The notes below the pieces were generated by a model, which was not told where the DNA came from, ran no database searches, and was given only the letters and a program-made list of their open reading frames with translations. Position numbers and translations under genes: made by a program. 64,000 bases of DNA from Antedon mediterranea. Taxonomy: Eukaryota; Animalia; Echinodermata. The stretch covers positions 34,097,648 through 34,161,647 of the forward strand of contig NC_092673.1 of the NCBI RefSeq assembly GCF_964355755.1. Direction: 5' to 3'. Below are positions 14,144 to 26,500 of the stretch, piece after piece (the first letter of the stretch is position 1; the number at the start of each line of letters is the position of its first letter).

Positions 14144-14231
14144 AACTTGGTTCGCACTAGGACGCAACGCAAGGATATAAGCGCAAAGCGCAACACAAGC
14201 GAATCGTTCGTCCTATAGTGGGAACCAAGCT
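14144..14231. mobile_element. Short internally deleted family-A-like MITE
   Basis: aacttggttcgcactag ... tagtgggaaccaagct. Confidence 0.7.
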
Positions 14232-14756
14232 TTAGGTTTGTACGAGTTTCGTTATATTAGCCCTTTGTAATGGTACGTAGATTTATATATAGAAACAGTG
14301 CTGTGTTTTTCTCTATTTTAGTCCCTACTAGATTGAAGGATACGCCAATTTACGAGAATGACCCGGCTGATCAGTTTTGTAACTAGGTTTAAACTACGTG
14401 TAAATTGACATATAATCAGTGTGTACGCCGTTGGCCCTGTACATCATAGATTTAAGATAAGGGTGTTCACTGATTGCTACCACTGCTGTATATTCTGTGA
14501 CAGTTGCAATATTAATGTAATCTTTGCTGTAGGTTGCAGCTAATTACAAATAATATATCACCTACTTTCACACCGGTGAAAAGATAACATCAGTAATGTT
14601 CGCTGAACTGGATATTGATCGATTGTGTAAACGATATTATCATTGGCCCGTTTTCATCAATTTAGAAACTTTAATACTTGGGTAATTGTGTTACATGACA
14701 CGTTCACAGTATTGGTAATGGTTTTAGTAAAACATAATATGAGGCTTATGTTATAC

Positions 14757-14852
14757 AACCTCTAATAAGGGGACACCTTCGGGACCCAATAAAATATACC
14801 AACAGTATAATAATATTATATTTAAGGAAAGTTTCCATTTAATAGGGGTGTG
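14757..14852. mobile_element. Member of a degenerate dispersed family (cctctaataaggggacaccttcgggacc...), with fragments also at ~4370-4470, ~10280-10332, ~27148-27196, ~47725-47770, ~48300-48370 and ~59020-59280
   Basis: Recurring ggggacac/gtgtcccc-ttaatagagg motifs in both orientations; probably an old non-autonomous DNA transposon. Confidence 0.5.
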
Positions 14853-15134
14853 ACTCCTATGCTTTAAGCTCGAAAAGTACACGCGAGATGCCCGCGTGTT
14901 ATGCAATTTGTTTCATTCATTCGTTTACTATAAATGGAAATTATCTTTTTGTATAAAAACCAAATACGTTAAGAATGTTGTGCCAAGTCTAACATTTTTC
15001 TGATGTTTGGTCACCAGTCGGCGTTTCGATATGTGTCTGAAACTTACGAGCTTATGTAGTATACGTATGAAACGCCATATGTGCCAACATATTTGTATTT
15101 TTGCTAATATTAGGCCTAAGTAAAAACATCTGGA

Positions 15135-16575
15135 GTCTACACTAATGAATGAGAATGTGTACGTTGAAATGTCAGGTATCCGATACAATCATCGGAACGT
15201 GTGAACCTGATTTGTCTACACTAATGAATGAGAATGTGTACGTTGAAATGTCAGGTATCCGATACAATCATCGGAACGTGTGAACCTGATTTGTCTACAC
15301 TAATGAATGAGAATGTGTACGTTGAAATGTCAGGTATCCGATACAATCATCGGAACGTGTGAACCTGATTTGTCTACACTAATGAATGAGAATGTGTACG
15401 TTGAAATGTCAGGTATCCGATACAATCATCATCGGAACGTGTGAACCTGATTTGTCTACACTAATGAATGAGAATGTGTACGTTGAAATGTCAGGTATCC
15501 GATACAATCATCATCGGAACGTGTGAACCTGATTTGTCTACACTAATGAATGAGAATGTGTACGTTGAAATGTCAGGTATCCGATACAATCATCATCGGA
15601 ACGTGTGAACCTGATTTGTCTACACTAATGAATGAGAATGTGTACGTTGAAATGTCAGGTATCCGATACAATCATCGGAACGTGTGAACCTGATTTGTCT
15701 ACACTAATGAATGAGAATGTGTACGTTGAAATGTCAGGTATCCGATACAATCATCGGAACGTGTGAACCTGATTTGTCTACACTAATGAATGAGAATGTG
15801 TACGTTGAAATGTCCGGTATCCGATACAATCATCATCGGAACGTGTGAACCTGATTTGTCTACACTAATGAATGAGAATGTGTACGTTGAAATGTCAGGT
15901 ATCCGATACAATCATCATCGGAACGTGTGAACCTGATTTGTCTACACTAATGAATGAGAATGTGTACGTTGAAATGTCAGGTATCCGATACAATCATCGG
16001 AACGTGTGAACCTGATTTGTCTACACTAATGAATGAGAATGTGTACGTTGAAATGTCAGGTATCCGATACAATCATCGGAACGTGTGAACCTGATTTGTC
16101 TACACTAATGAATGAGAATGTGTACGTTGAAATGTCAGGTATCCGATACAATCATCATCGTAACGTGTGAACCTGATTTGTCTACACTAATGAATGAGAA
16201 TGTGTACGTTGAAATGTCAGGTATCCGATACAATCATCATCGGAACGTGTGAACCTGATTTGTCTACACTAATGAATGAGAATGTGTACGTTGAAATGTC
16301 AGGTATCCGATACAATCATCATCGAAACGTGTGAACCTGATTTGTCTACACTAATGAATGAGAATGTGTACGTTGAAATGTCAGGTATCCGATACAATCA
16401 TCGGAACGTGTGAACCTGATTTGTCTACACTAATGAATGAGAATGTGTACGTTGAAATGTCAGGTATCCGATACAATCATCGGAACGTGTGAACCTGATT
16501 TGTCTACACTAATGAATGAGAATGTGTACGTTGAAATGTCAGGTATCCGATACGATCATCGGAACGTGTGAACCT
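15135..16575. repeat. Homogeneous minisatellite, 18 units of 79/82 bp
   Basis: Unit gtctacactaatgaatgagaatgtgtacgttgaaatgtcaggtatccgatacaatc(atc)atcggaacgtgtgaacctgattt; starts at 15135, 15214 ... 16502. Confidence 0.97.
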
Positions 16576-16813
16576 CGGACACCGCAGATAGGTATGGTTT
16601 CATTATAATAAAATGTGTTTACTAGGATTGATAACAAACAATGATTTATATAATAATACAGTTCTAGAGATGCAGTAGTAGACCTGATGACGTAAAAGTT
16701 GAACATAAATTTAAGCTTAGTTATCACTAGACGAAAATAGTATATTTGTGTGTTAGCTAAACTATTTCAAGGTTGTTATTCAGTTGTCTGTGTATTATTA
16801 ATGATTACAATTT

Positions 16814-17070
16814 AAGCACTGGAAAAATGACAATGCTGTGGGTATCAGTGGCTGGATTTCAATGGAGATGCAAATAAAATAAGCACTGAAAAAATGACAA
16901 TGTTGTGGGTATCAGTGGCTGAACTCAATGGAGATGCAAATAAAATAAGCACTGGAAAAATGACAATGCTCTGGGTATCCGTGGCTGGATTTCAATGGAG
17001 ATGCAAATAAAATAAGCACTGAAAAAATGACAATGTTGTGGGTATCAGTGGCTGGATCTCAATAGAGATA
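16814..17070. repeat. Tandem repeat, ~67 bp x 4
   Basis: aagcactg.aaaaatgacaatg.tgtgggtatcagtggctgga...gatgcaaataaaat at 16814, 16881, 16947 and 17014. Confidence 0.9.
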
Positions 17071-17559
17071 AAAAAAAAATAGCGAAAAGCTAAATATACT
17101 AATATAATTATTATAAATAAGATATTGATGTGAAAATGAATGAATACATTTAACATAATCTTCATTTTCATAAAAGTTGTACAAAATCCTTTGAAATTTG
17201 AAACCATAGGAACAACTTTTTGCATTGAACGTGTATAGTAATTCGATAAATATGAGATTATTAAAATAAAATACAATTTCATAACATGTTATTACGCCTG
17301 TCTAGTGAATCCATCTATATTATAACAATGTAATCTATAGAGAACAAACAAAGCATCGTAAATGTTCATATCTTGCTTAAATGATTTCGCTCTACTTTTA
17401 TTTTCATCTACACACACACAAGTGACAGTTACAATGTATGATGAGTAGCCGGCTTAACATCCAGGCAGGAGGGCGTAATGGTAAACACACTCAACATATG
17501 TGTGCTCATGAGTTATATGTGACTTTCACGAATTCTCAATAATACAATTGTTTAAAAAT

Positions 17560-17630
17560 GACTATTGCACGCCATGTGACCCACAATTGTCCAATCAAAT
17601 GACAGGAATTTATTTAGGTGTTATATTATA
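17560..17630 (+). repeat. Dispersed repeat fragment, second copy at ~47043-47105
   Basis: Both copies share ctattgcacgc...tccaatcaaatg.caggaattta..taggtgttata. Confidence 0.55.
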
Positions 17631-18359
17631 CACAATATAATAATAAAGGAAAACATTACTAATCACTTTGTTTTTTAAAGCCAAATAATAATTGTAAATA
17701 TAAAACTATTACAGTTTAACCTATGACCTTTTGTTTATCAGCATTATAGAAATGTAACAATGTTTTGATGGTGCGTAAAATGTGTGTCAATTTTCGATAT
17801 TGTATCTATCATTTTCCATGTCATGAGACACCTGTAACAATGTCACATGTCACGCTGTAATTAGCATAATCTTAAAACATATTTCATGATACGTCATACG
17901 TAACGCCCATGACATTTTTTGACGCGAACGTGCATGATGCACGTGATCCACTGTATCAAGGAAATTGCTTTGATACTGAACTACTGATGTATAAGAAGCT
18001 ATTCAGTACCGATAAATGAGTGGAGATGAATTCATCTTGAAGAAAAACACGAGCTAGGTATACCATGACGTCATCGTAACAATTGCTGGAGTATAATCTT
18101 TTATTATAATCGCGTCGATATCCAATACGTAAGACCATCATTGAAGTTGATTTTTGTGTCTAAAAGTTATACAATTTGTGCAATCACTTTTAATATTAGT
18201 TGATCACTGAAGACAATAAAATTCTGAAGTATATCCTACTAGATGATCGAATCACTTAAATGATAATACTGTTTGTGGACATTGTACACCAACATACGTT
18301 TACGAGAAAGCTTTTGTTGACAAGAATTATTCATACTCTACTATTGTTTTGATAATATT

Positions 18360-18402
18360 CCCGTTCCCGTTACCGTTACCGTTACCGTTCCCGTTACCGT
18401 TC
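18360..18402. repeat. (CCGTTA/CCGTTC)n microsatellite
   Basis: Directly visible. Confidence 0.85.
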
Positions 18403-18619
18403 CATCATCACCAAGATTGTTATTACTGTATGTATTCATCTTAATCTAATAAAATATTTTTACAAAAATAACGAGAAGTCATAGTTTATTGAAATGAGAA
18501 AAGAAATTTCTATACAAAAAAATAATCTTCCTCAATTGTACCACATAATTATTTTCATTCTCATTATCTCTTTATTATTAACGTAATATGTATCATAATG
18601 ATACCACTACATACTGCGC

Positions 18620-19185
18620 TTCAACATAATGTTGCTTCAAACATAAACACAGTATAAATAGCGTCTATATCCCTCAACACATGAACGCGCAAGACATGTT
18701 GCGTCAAACATAAACACTGTAAATAGGGTATATGCCCTTTAATGCATGAACGCGCAAGACATGTTGCGTCAAACATAAACACCGTAAATAGGGTATTATG
18801 TCCTTCAACACATGAACGCACAAGACATGTTGCGTCAAACATAAACACCATAAATAGGGTATATACCCTTTAATGCATGAACGCGCAAGACATGTTGCGT
18901 CAAAAATAAACACCGTATGAATACCGCCTGTGCTTCTCAACACATGAAACGCACAAGACGTGTTGCGTCAAACATAAACACCATAAATAGGGTATATGTC
19001 CTTCAACACATGAACGCACAAGACATGTTGCGTCAAACATAAACACCGTAAATAGGGTATATGCCTTTTAAAGCATGAACGCGCAAGACGTGTTGCGTCA
19101 AACATAAACACCATAAATAGGGTATGGCCTTTAACACATGAACGCACAAAGACATGTTGCGTCAAACATAAACACCGTAAATAGC
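18620..19185. repeat. Minisatellite, ~64-65 bp x 9
   Basis: gttgcgtcaaacataaacacc.taaatagggtatatg...catgaacgc.caagacat; source of the repetitive minus-strand ORFs. Confidence 0.92.
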
Positions 19186-19849
19186 GTCTCATTCTCCACA
19201 AAACATCAGCGCAAAACCGGATTCCGTTGTTACGTAACCTAACCTGCGTATGAAAGACACATAACACACAAACAACACGCTTATTACTAAATTTACACGT
19301 TTAAAAAAATATAAAACCGTTAATATTATTGTGCAACAGCTTCGCTACATTAACGACCATTACACAAATAACCTTTTGGTTAATTTTAAGATAAAAGTAT
19401 TCTCCGAAACTGTTATAGTGTATCCGTTTCTTTATTACAGATATATTTATGATCAACTCCTTTGTCCATATGTTCCATTCTTAATTTTCATAATTTTTAC
19501 CGGTCTCTTGTTGGCTCTGAAACCATAAGATGGATTCAATCAATAGTTTTAGACTTCGATTTTCCTGATCATTTCTAGTGTGATCTGTAAATAAATGATG
19601 ATGTTTCATAATGAATAATCGTTTAATGCATTACACGGCTGCAATATATCTATTGTTTTGATACAGGAATAATAAATATCTATACTTAGCATCGTTAACC
19701 ATCGTAGACAGGTAAATTGCTTGTTTATTTAAAGTTTCAAGAGCATTCCAAGTTGTAGATTTACTTCTTCTTCAGCTGACTGCATTGAACGACTGTACAA
19801 GTAGACAAAAATGTCTGCTCTATCTGCCTTTTCGTAACGCGATGAGTTC

Positions 19850-20487
19850 TATCTTATCGAGACGTTAAATGTATTCGTTTACCATGAGTGGAAGTCGTCC
19901 TCTCCTACTTTTAAACAAATTAACCGGTTGAAAAAAATAGAGTACGGTCTTAGAAAACGTATAGTCACTATTAACACGTACGCGTGTTTTAGTAGAAAAT
20001 GTGATGACGTCATTTACATTTGTGTAGCAAAAACTATTGCCCGTTACGATTAGTCGACTGCGTCTATTTGGAGCGTGCTGGTAATCAACTGAATACAATT
20101 TAGCTTGTTCGGCTTGAAGGTTGACGCTTTCATCTCTCAACTCATGGCGTTCGAGACGTTCATTGTATCAAACGCGTTTTATGAGTAGTTGTATACCGAC
20201 GCCAGTCGTACGGAAGATATTACGTGTTGTGCTACTACACTGCAAGTGATTATACTTATACGCTACCGTATTCAACACGCGTGGATATATCTTGTAAATG
20301 GGGGAGAAAACAGTAACGCATTTTCTGTGTGATTTTTTTGTTGGATAAATTATTAATCTAAAAGGATCAACAAAAAGACCGATGCACATTTTTTCTACCT
20401 TACGGATCCGTAAAAGACATGCTGTCATCGGCTCGTTAGCCCGTCAGGATTTATATATTGTTCATTGTCGTAACACTTTCCGGTAAT
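19850..20487 (+). promoter_or_regulatory. Possible nAChR promoter / 5' UTR
   Basis: Locally CpG-rich, with a full CRE palindrome TGACGTCA at ~20005-20012, upstream of the candidate exon 1. Confidence 0.3.
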
Positions 20488-20581
20488 ATGCACTATTCTA
20501 CATTTTTATATTACTTGTGTTGTTATTGGTCATCCTATATAACGCTGGTTAATACTACCAAACGTGTATCCAAAAACCCAG
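20488..20581 (+). CDS. nAChR probable coding exon 1 (signal peptide) MHYSTFLYYLCCYWSSYITLVNTTKRVSKNP
   Basis: ATG at 20488, a hydrophobic/aromatic stretch, and a strong donor CAG|GTGAGT in phase 1 that matches the phase-1 acceptor at 31743 (G|GT = Gly). It lies in a locally CpG-rich region. Confidence 0.6.
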
Positions 20582-23500
20582 GTGAGTGTTGTTTTAAACC
20601 GTTTATAGTTCGACTGAAAAACGCGAGCGCAGCAAGCAGCAGACGGTACGCGAAGAATGCCTGATACCGCCAGAGGCAACGTTCTTCAGCGACCCCTTCT
20701 TTGCTGTATCTACCAGCAGGGCACAGTCCTGAAATACAGATACATGTTGAAAGTATTATTTCTACGAATGATAAATTACAACATCACTGCCTTCGTAGTT
20801 AGACTTGAAGCAAATTATCAACTTATAGCAATATATATTACATTCATATAACTCATAATTTATTGATTCGCAGGAAAAAGCCGTCATTCGTTATATAACT
20901 TATTACCATGGTATTTCTCCATGGTATTACATAACGATCTATTTAATAATTGTTTGTTTTTACAAGTTATTCTTGGCCACCCTACCACATAATGCCGACC
21001 GAGGCTTAGTAAAATGACACAAAAATCAAACACACAAGATATTCTTGACCACCCTACCACATAATGCCGACCAAGGCTTAGTAAAATGACACAAAAATCA
21101 CACACACACAAGTTATTCTTGCCCCCCTACCACATAATGCCGACCGAGGCTTAGTAAAATGACACAAAAATCACACACACACACAAGTTATTCTTGGCCA
21201 CCCTACCACATTATGCCGACCGAGGCTTAGTAAAATGACACAAAAATCACACACACACCCTACGTTCAGAAATGAATACGGGACTTACCTTACAAATTAT
21301 TCATTAATGTCATTACTGGTAAAAAGTGTATACCTACATTATTGCGTAAAATATTGGGTAATACGAACCTCTCTCACAAAAAATGAATTATTGGGCTTAT
21401 GGTTATTTGAAATACCTTTTTATTAGGCCTACATATTTTACCCCATAACTCATTTATCGTTTCTTTAGGTGTTCAACAAAGTACTCCAATCCAGTGATAA
21501 AATAACCTATGCTAGTTTTCATTAGCTTATTCAAATCATAATTTATAAAATTCGTATACACTCATACTTTTTGGAAGCTCGATTATTTATTCTTGTGAGA
21601 TGTTATAATTTTCAGTTAATTAGTCCATTAAATTCACTATAAATACAAATGATTTTAGGAATATTTGCGGCTTACTCCCTAAGCGCGGTGAAGAGATATA
21701 AATCAAAGATTCTCCACTATCACAAGAATTAACGGTAGCGTTGGCGTACGATTTGTGCTGTCTTATTTCATAATGATGTAAAGAAAACGTAGTAAATTCT
21801 CTTTAAAATTTTCCGCATGATTACACCTGTCTATAATCCAATTATTTCTTTATTATTTTGTCTGATTCTTATATTTATATTTAAAATGAAATTGTTCTGA
21901 CGAATGTATAAAAAAATGAAATCTCGGTCTGGTAACACCGTAAATGAGGATGAAATAAGCACAGTGTCTTTCTGTTTGGCGCGGTGCTTATGATTGTGGT
22001 AATTACGATGATAATAATTATAAAATTGACGTAAAAGTCGATCTTAGTAAGTTATCATATTTTGGTTAATCATACGTAGATGCTCGTAACGCTCTGTTAC
22101 GTTGAACTATTTGATAGCATGCGATTGAAAATCTCTTTTATTTGCGATAGATCTGATATTCGAACATATTGAAAGTCTGTATACACAATGAATTCGATTT
22201 GACCTGAACTAAATTAGTTGAATATTTTGGTTGTGGTCGAAATAAATATCATACCGGCCAAATCGGACTATGGCCTATTCCTTGTTCATACTGTTTAGTA
22301 AAATATTGTTAATTTTATTTTATGTTATGACAGTTTAGAGACAAGAGAGTCAGGCCACATAGCCGTCAAGGCAAGCGGACAATTAGGAGGGTTCCTTCTT
22401 ATAATCAAAGACAAACGTATAGGCCTAAAAAAGATACTCTGCACAAGTCTTTGATAGTGGAGTTCTGTCATATACCTGTACTAGGTCCATGGTTCTGTGA
22501 TGAAAACAAAATCCTTAGCATATGACATGATTTTAAACCAAGACCCTGGGATTGGTAGCCAACCATCTAAACCACCAAACCAAAGCTCCACTCCGATCCA
22601 CAAACACTTGAACAAACACCATTAACATAAATCAGAATTGTCAACAGTGGAAAAACTACAATATAACTAACTGAAGCTTTAAAATAGTGGTGATAGAATG
22701 GTATTCAGTAAGTAGGCCTACAAACACACAACATTGTCTAAAGAGAACAGAATTATTTTTCCAGTTTGATACGACAATCGGAAACGTACTGCTGTTTCGG
22801 TGATTTGTGTAACAAAATTGAATAAATGAAATATGATTCTATACTATGACAATCTTAATTTGATACAGCGAAACTTGTGCTGGATTACTTTATCGGCTTT
22901 TCACTCAACCCTATCAAAAATCGGTTTCATCGTTGTCATACATTTCGGAATAATTGTCGTAGGCGTTAAAATAGTCGTTGGCGTTGTCCAATCGTCACCA
23001 TCCTCTTCGACAACGACGACGACGTATTAATGGTCACCATCACTGTGTAATTATTAAAACATCAACGTCATCATTGTCGTTGTCCTTTATAATTGTCATC
23101 AACGACGACGTAATAATCATTTATTATCAACACCACAATCGTCACCATTGTCGGTATAATCTTAATTTTCATCGTCTTCATAAACGCCATCGACGGCGAC
23201 GACGTAATAATTGTCGCTATCGCTGTCTATCAACATCACAATCGTCACCATTGTCGTTATCATATTAATTGTAAATTTCTCCAAAACCGTCGTCAACGAC
23301 TTAATAATCGTAGCCATCGCTGTCTATAATCAACAGCACACTCGTCACCATCGTCGTTAACATAATTATTGTCACCGTCTTCATAAACGACGAAGACGTA
23401 ATAATTGCCGCCACTTCTGTCTATCAACCTCACAATCGTCACCATTGTCGTTATCATATTGTCACCGCCTTCATAAACGCCGTCGACGGCGATGACGTAA

Positions 23501-26500
23501 TAATCGTAGCCATTGCTGTCTATTATCAACATTATAATCGTTATCATTGTTGTTGTCTCATTGCCCCTTTCTTCATTGTCATGCGGCGTCTTCATCCTAA
23601 TTATCGCCGTCTTCACCATCATCGTATATCAAAATAAGTTTTCAACAGAACGTTGACGCGCGCTTACAATTCAACAACCTATATCAATAATTCAACGCGC
23701 GCGTATCGTATCACCATAATTGCAATTATTACAGACAGGTTTTCAAAAGATTCCTTAAACACAAATTAAGGGTAAATTGTTAAAAGATAATTGCTTATCA
23801 AGAATATATTCAATCACAAATAAATCTATTAATGTTTTTGCTTCATTATTAAGCCATGCATCGAAGGTCATTGGATGCCCAATTACCGCGCTTAAAGTGT
23901 TGATGATACCAAGTAAATAACGGCTGAATATTCATCGTCCGATTCTTAATCATATCATTGCAATGTTCATTAAAATATCTAGGCCAGATTCTAGTCCACA
24001 AGTTGGCCACTGAACCGGTGTAATTCGTTTTGCAAACCCTTTTATTGATTGCGTCGTCGTTCCTCAATAACCCAAGGCTAAACGGATATACAACGAGGAG
24101 AAATTGTACCTATTTCGGTGTATTTAAGTTACGACATTAAATGAACAGAAACTATAAAAAGCGCCTCGTCGATATTACATCATATGGTAATAATTATTGA
24201 ATTCTAAAGTTACAACTTAGAACATTATGAAAAAATGACATTTACATCATTATTATGGCTCCGATATTATTAATATTATTGTTTCGATAGGGATAAGAAA
24301 AAAACACTGGAGACGAGAAAAAAAAAGAGAACATTATACATAGGCCCATATTAGGAGGGAGAACTGTTTGCAATGTTTTAGGCTGAGTCTACAACTAGCC
24401 GATACTCGATACTGTATCTCTGGCAAATTCTGTAAGACGGTGTCACATGTTTATCACATGACGTGTATCAATAATGTAACTGTCTATATCGTAGGCCATA
24501 ATGTTAACCTAATTTTTACTTGAACATAACAGTCGTAGTATGTGACATTGTATTACAAAATCTGCCCATGATACTGGGTATAAAATGCAATGTGGAGATA
24601 CAGTACTAAGTGCTATGATTGGTCAATTGGTCAATTCTTACCTAAAATATAGTAGGCCTATAACTAGGCCTATATAAAACTGTTTTAAAACAAATACATC
24701 TTTCTTGAAATATAAATCTTAAATAGTAAGCTGTTTTTTGACGTCATCATCAAAATTATTATCATTATTTAAGCTGAATGAAATGTATATCTACCTTCAG
24801 CGACTATAACGTAAAGCGGGAACGGACGTTTGGTTTAATAATTGAAAATCGTGGGAAGAATATATGAAGAGTTCACATCAGTTCCTTGAGGAAACAACGG
24901 AACGGAATGACCGCTCATGACATGTGTGAATGCGAGTTATAGTTCTGTCCATTTCTTGTGAATACGGTTTAAAGTATTTTATACTTACGGTTTATTATAA
25001 AGCAAAAGTTTGTTGACGTCTTATGATAAGACACTATTTGAAATAACCGTATGTGTTGAGTTACATAAAAGCGCATAGCAGTACATTGTCGATAATACAT
25101 CATTACATTATGAACCTACAATATTATTACAGTTTTATGTTACATCATGAACCTATGTTATCTATATTTTGAATAATAAAACTGTAAAACGTGTTGTTCA
25201 TATTAAATTAAGTAAGTATAGCTAGATTTAGCGTGTGTAAGTTACAATGTGAAAACTCAGTTTTATCGATATTACATCATTTGCGCAGTATTGATAGACC
25301 GTTCGATTTAATTACGTTTAGAAAGCCCTTAATAGAATGTGATGTCGTTCTGTTCGGACCGTATATATCATAATCACATTATGTCAATCAAATTAAAACA
25401 TCACAAAGTGTGATTACATAGATCTTGTCGCTAGGCACGTGACCATTCACATCTGTTTGACACGGAATAAGGTTGAATAGCGAGGAACAATTAAATTAAG
25501 ATGAGATAACAAGAATGTTGGGTCCTGACCACAACCCAGGTGAACGTGCGTGCGCATTAGCAATAGGGGCTGATTAGTTTTCGCCAGGTATAAACGAGTA
25601 AATGAACACATCTGGTGGCGATGTTGGTATTGTATCGTTCTCTTTACTCCCTTGCCCTAAACCAACCACCAACCTAAATGACCCAACCCATATGTTCCCG
25701 GCACGGAGGCGAAACTTTTAACGAAATACTCTGCACTGTATTTCCGCCTTAATATGGCCTAACTTTTCCAGGATCATATATGAGAATTCTGTAATACAAT
25801 TATATTACACGTATCGCCCGTATTACTATTATTCAAAGATTAGGCTTAATAACCAATGATAATACTTACTTACTCATATTTATCATCATAATCATTATTA
25901 CTTTGATTGCATCATCACCGGCCATCATAATTTCCATCTTTGTTTTCTTTTCTTTTCAAAACCAATAATCTCGCCTTTGTCTACACGATAATAACATCGT
26001 TATCATTTTGTGTATCTAGTAATAATAGGTAAAAAGAAGACACAGTGATAATGATCATTTTTGCATTATCATTTTTGTCTATATCTTCACCACCGTGTAC
26101 TTCATCTTCTCATCATCCATCATCTCTAATACATTGGCATCTTCCTCCGCCTTCTTTTCATCGTGCTCATCACTATAATTCTCATTATCCCGATCAGCAG
26201 CAGCTTATTATGTCATTAATACAATATTTGTTCAATCAATTGAGTTAAGGTCCTGATCATTGCAGGTGAACATTGCTGAGAAGGTCGATGCAGGGGGATG
26301 ATTATCCACATGATGTACACGAGGAATACGTTATCTCATCATCATTACATCATCACCCATAACAACCACTTAATCTCCCTCTCTACAAAAGCACACACCA
26401 CTATACCACCCCAACCATACCGATCTACTGAACTCTCATGGTCACCCGCATCTCAGTATAAATACATCGAGGATTTCATTGGCTCCTTTTTAGACGGTAA

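Noticed and set aside
15135-16575. CRISPR array, or tandem hammerhead ribozyme satellite
   Set aside because: There are no unique spacers and no cas genes, and the context is eukaryotic. The unit has CTGATTT rather than the CUGANGA core, and I could not build a hammerhead on either strand.
18621-19267. Repetitive Cys-rich minus-strand ORFs
   Set aside because: Products of the 65-bp minisatellite; the frame shifts between units.
22978-23622. His/Arg-rich and Asp-rich ORFs
   Set aside because: They derive from a degenerate trinucleotide-rich repeat.
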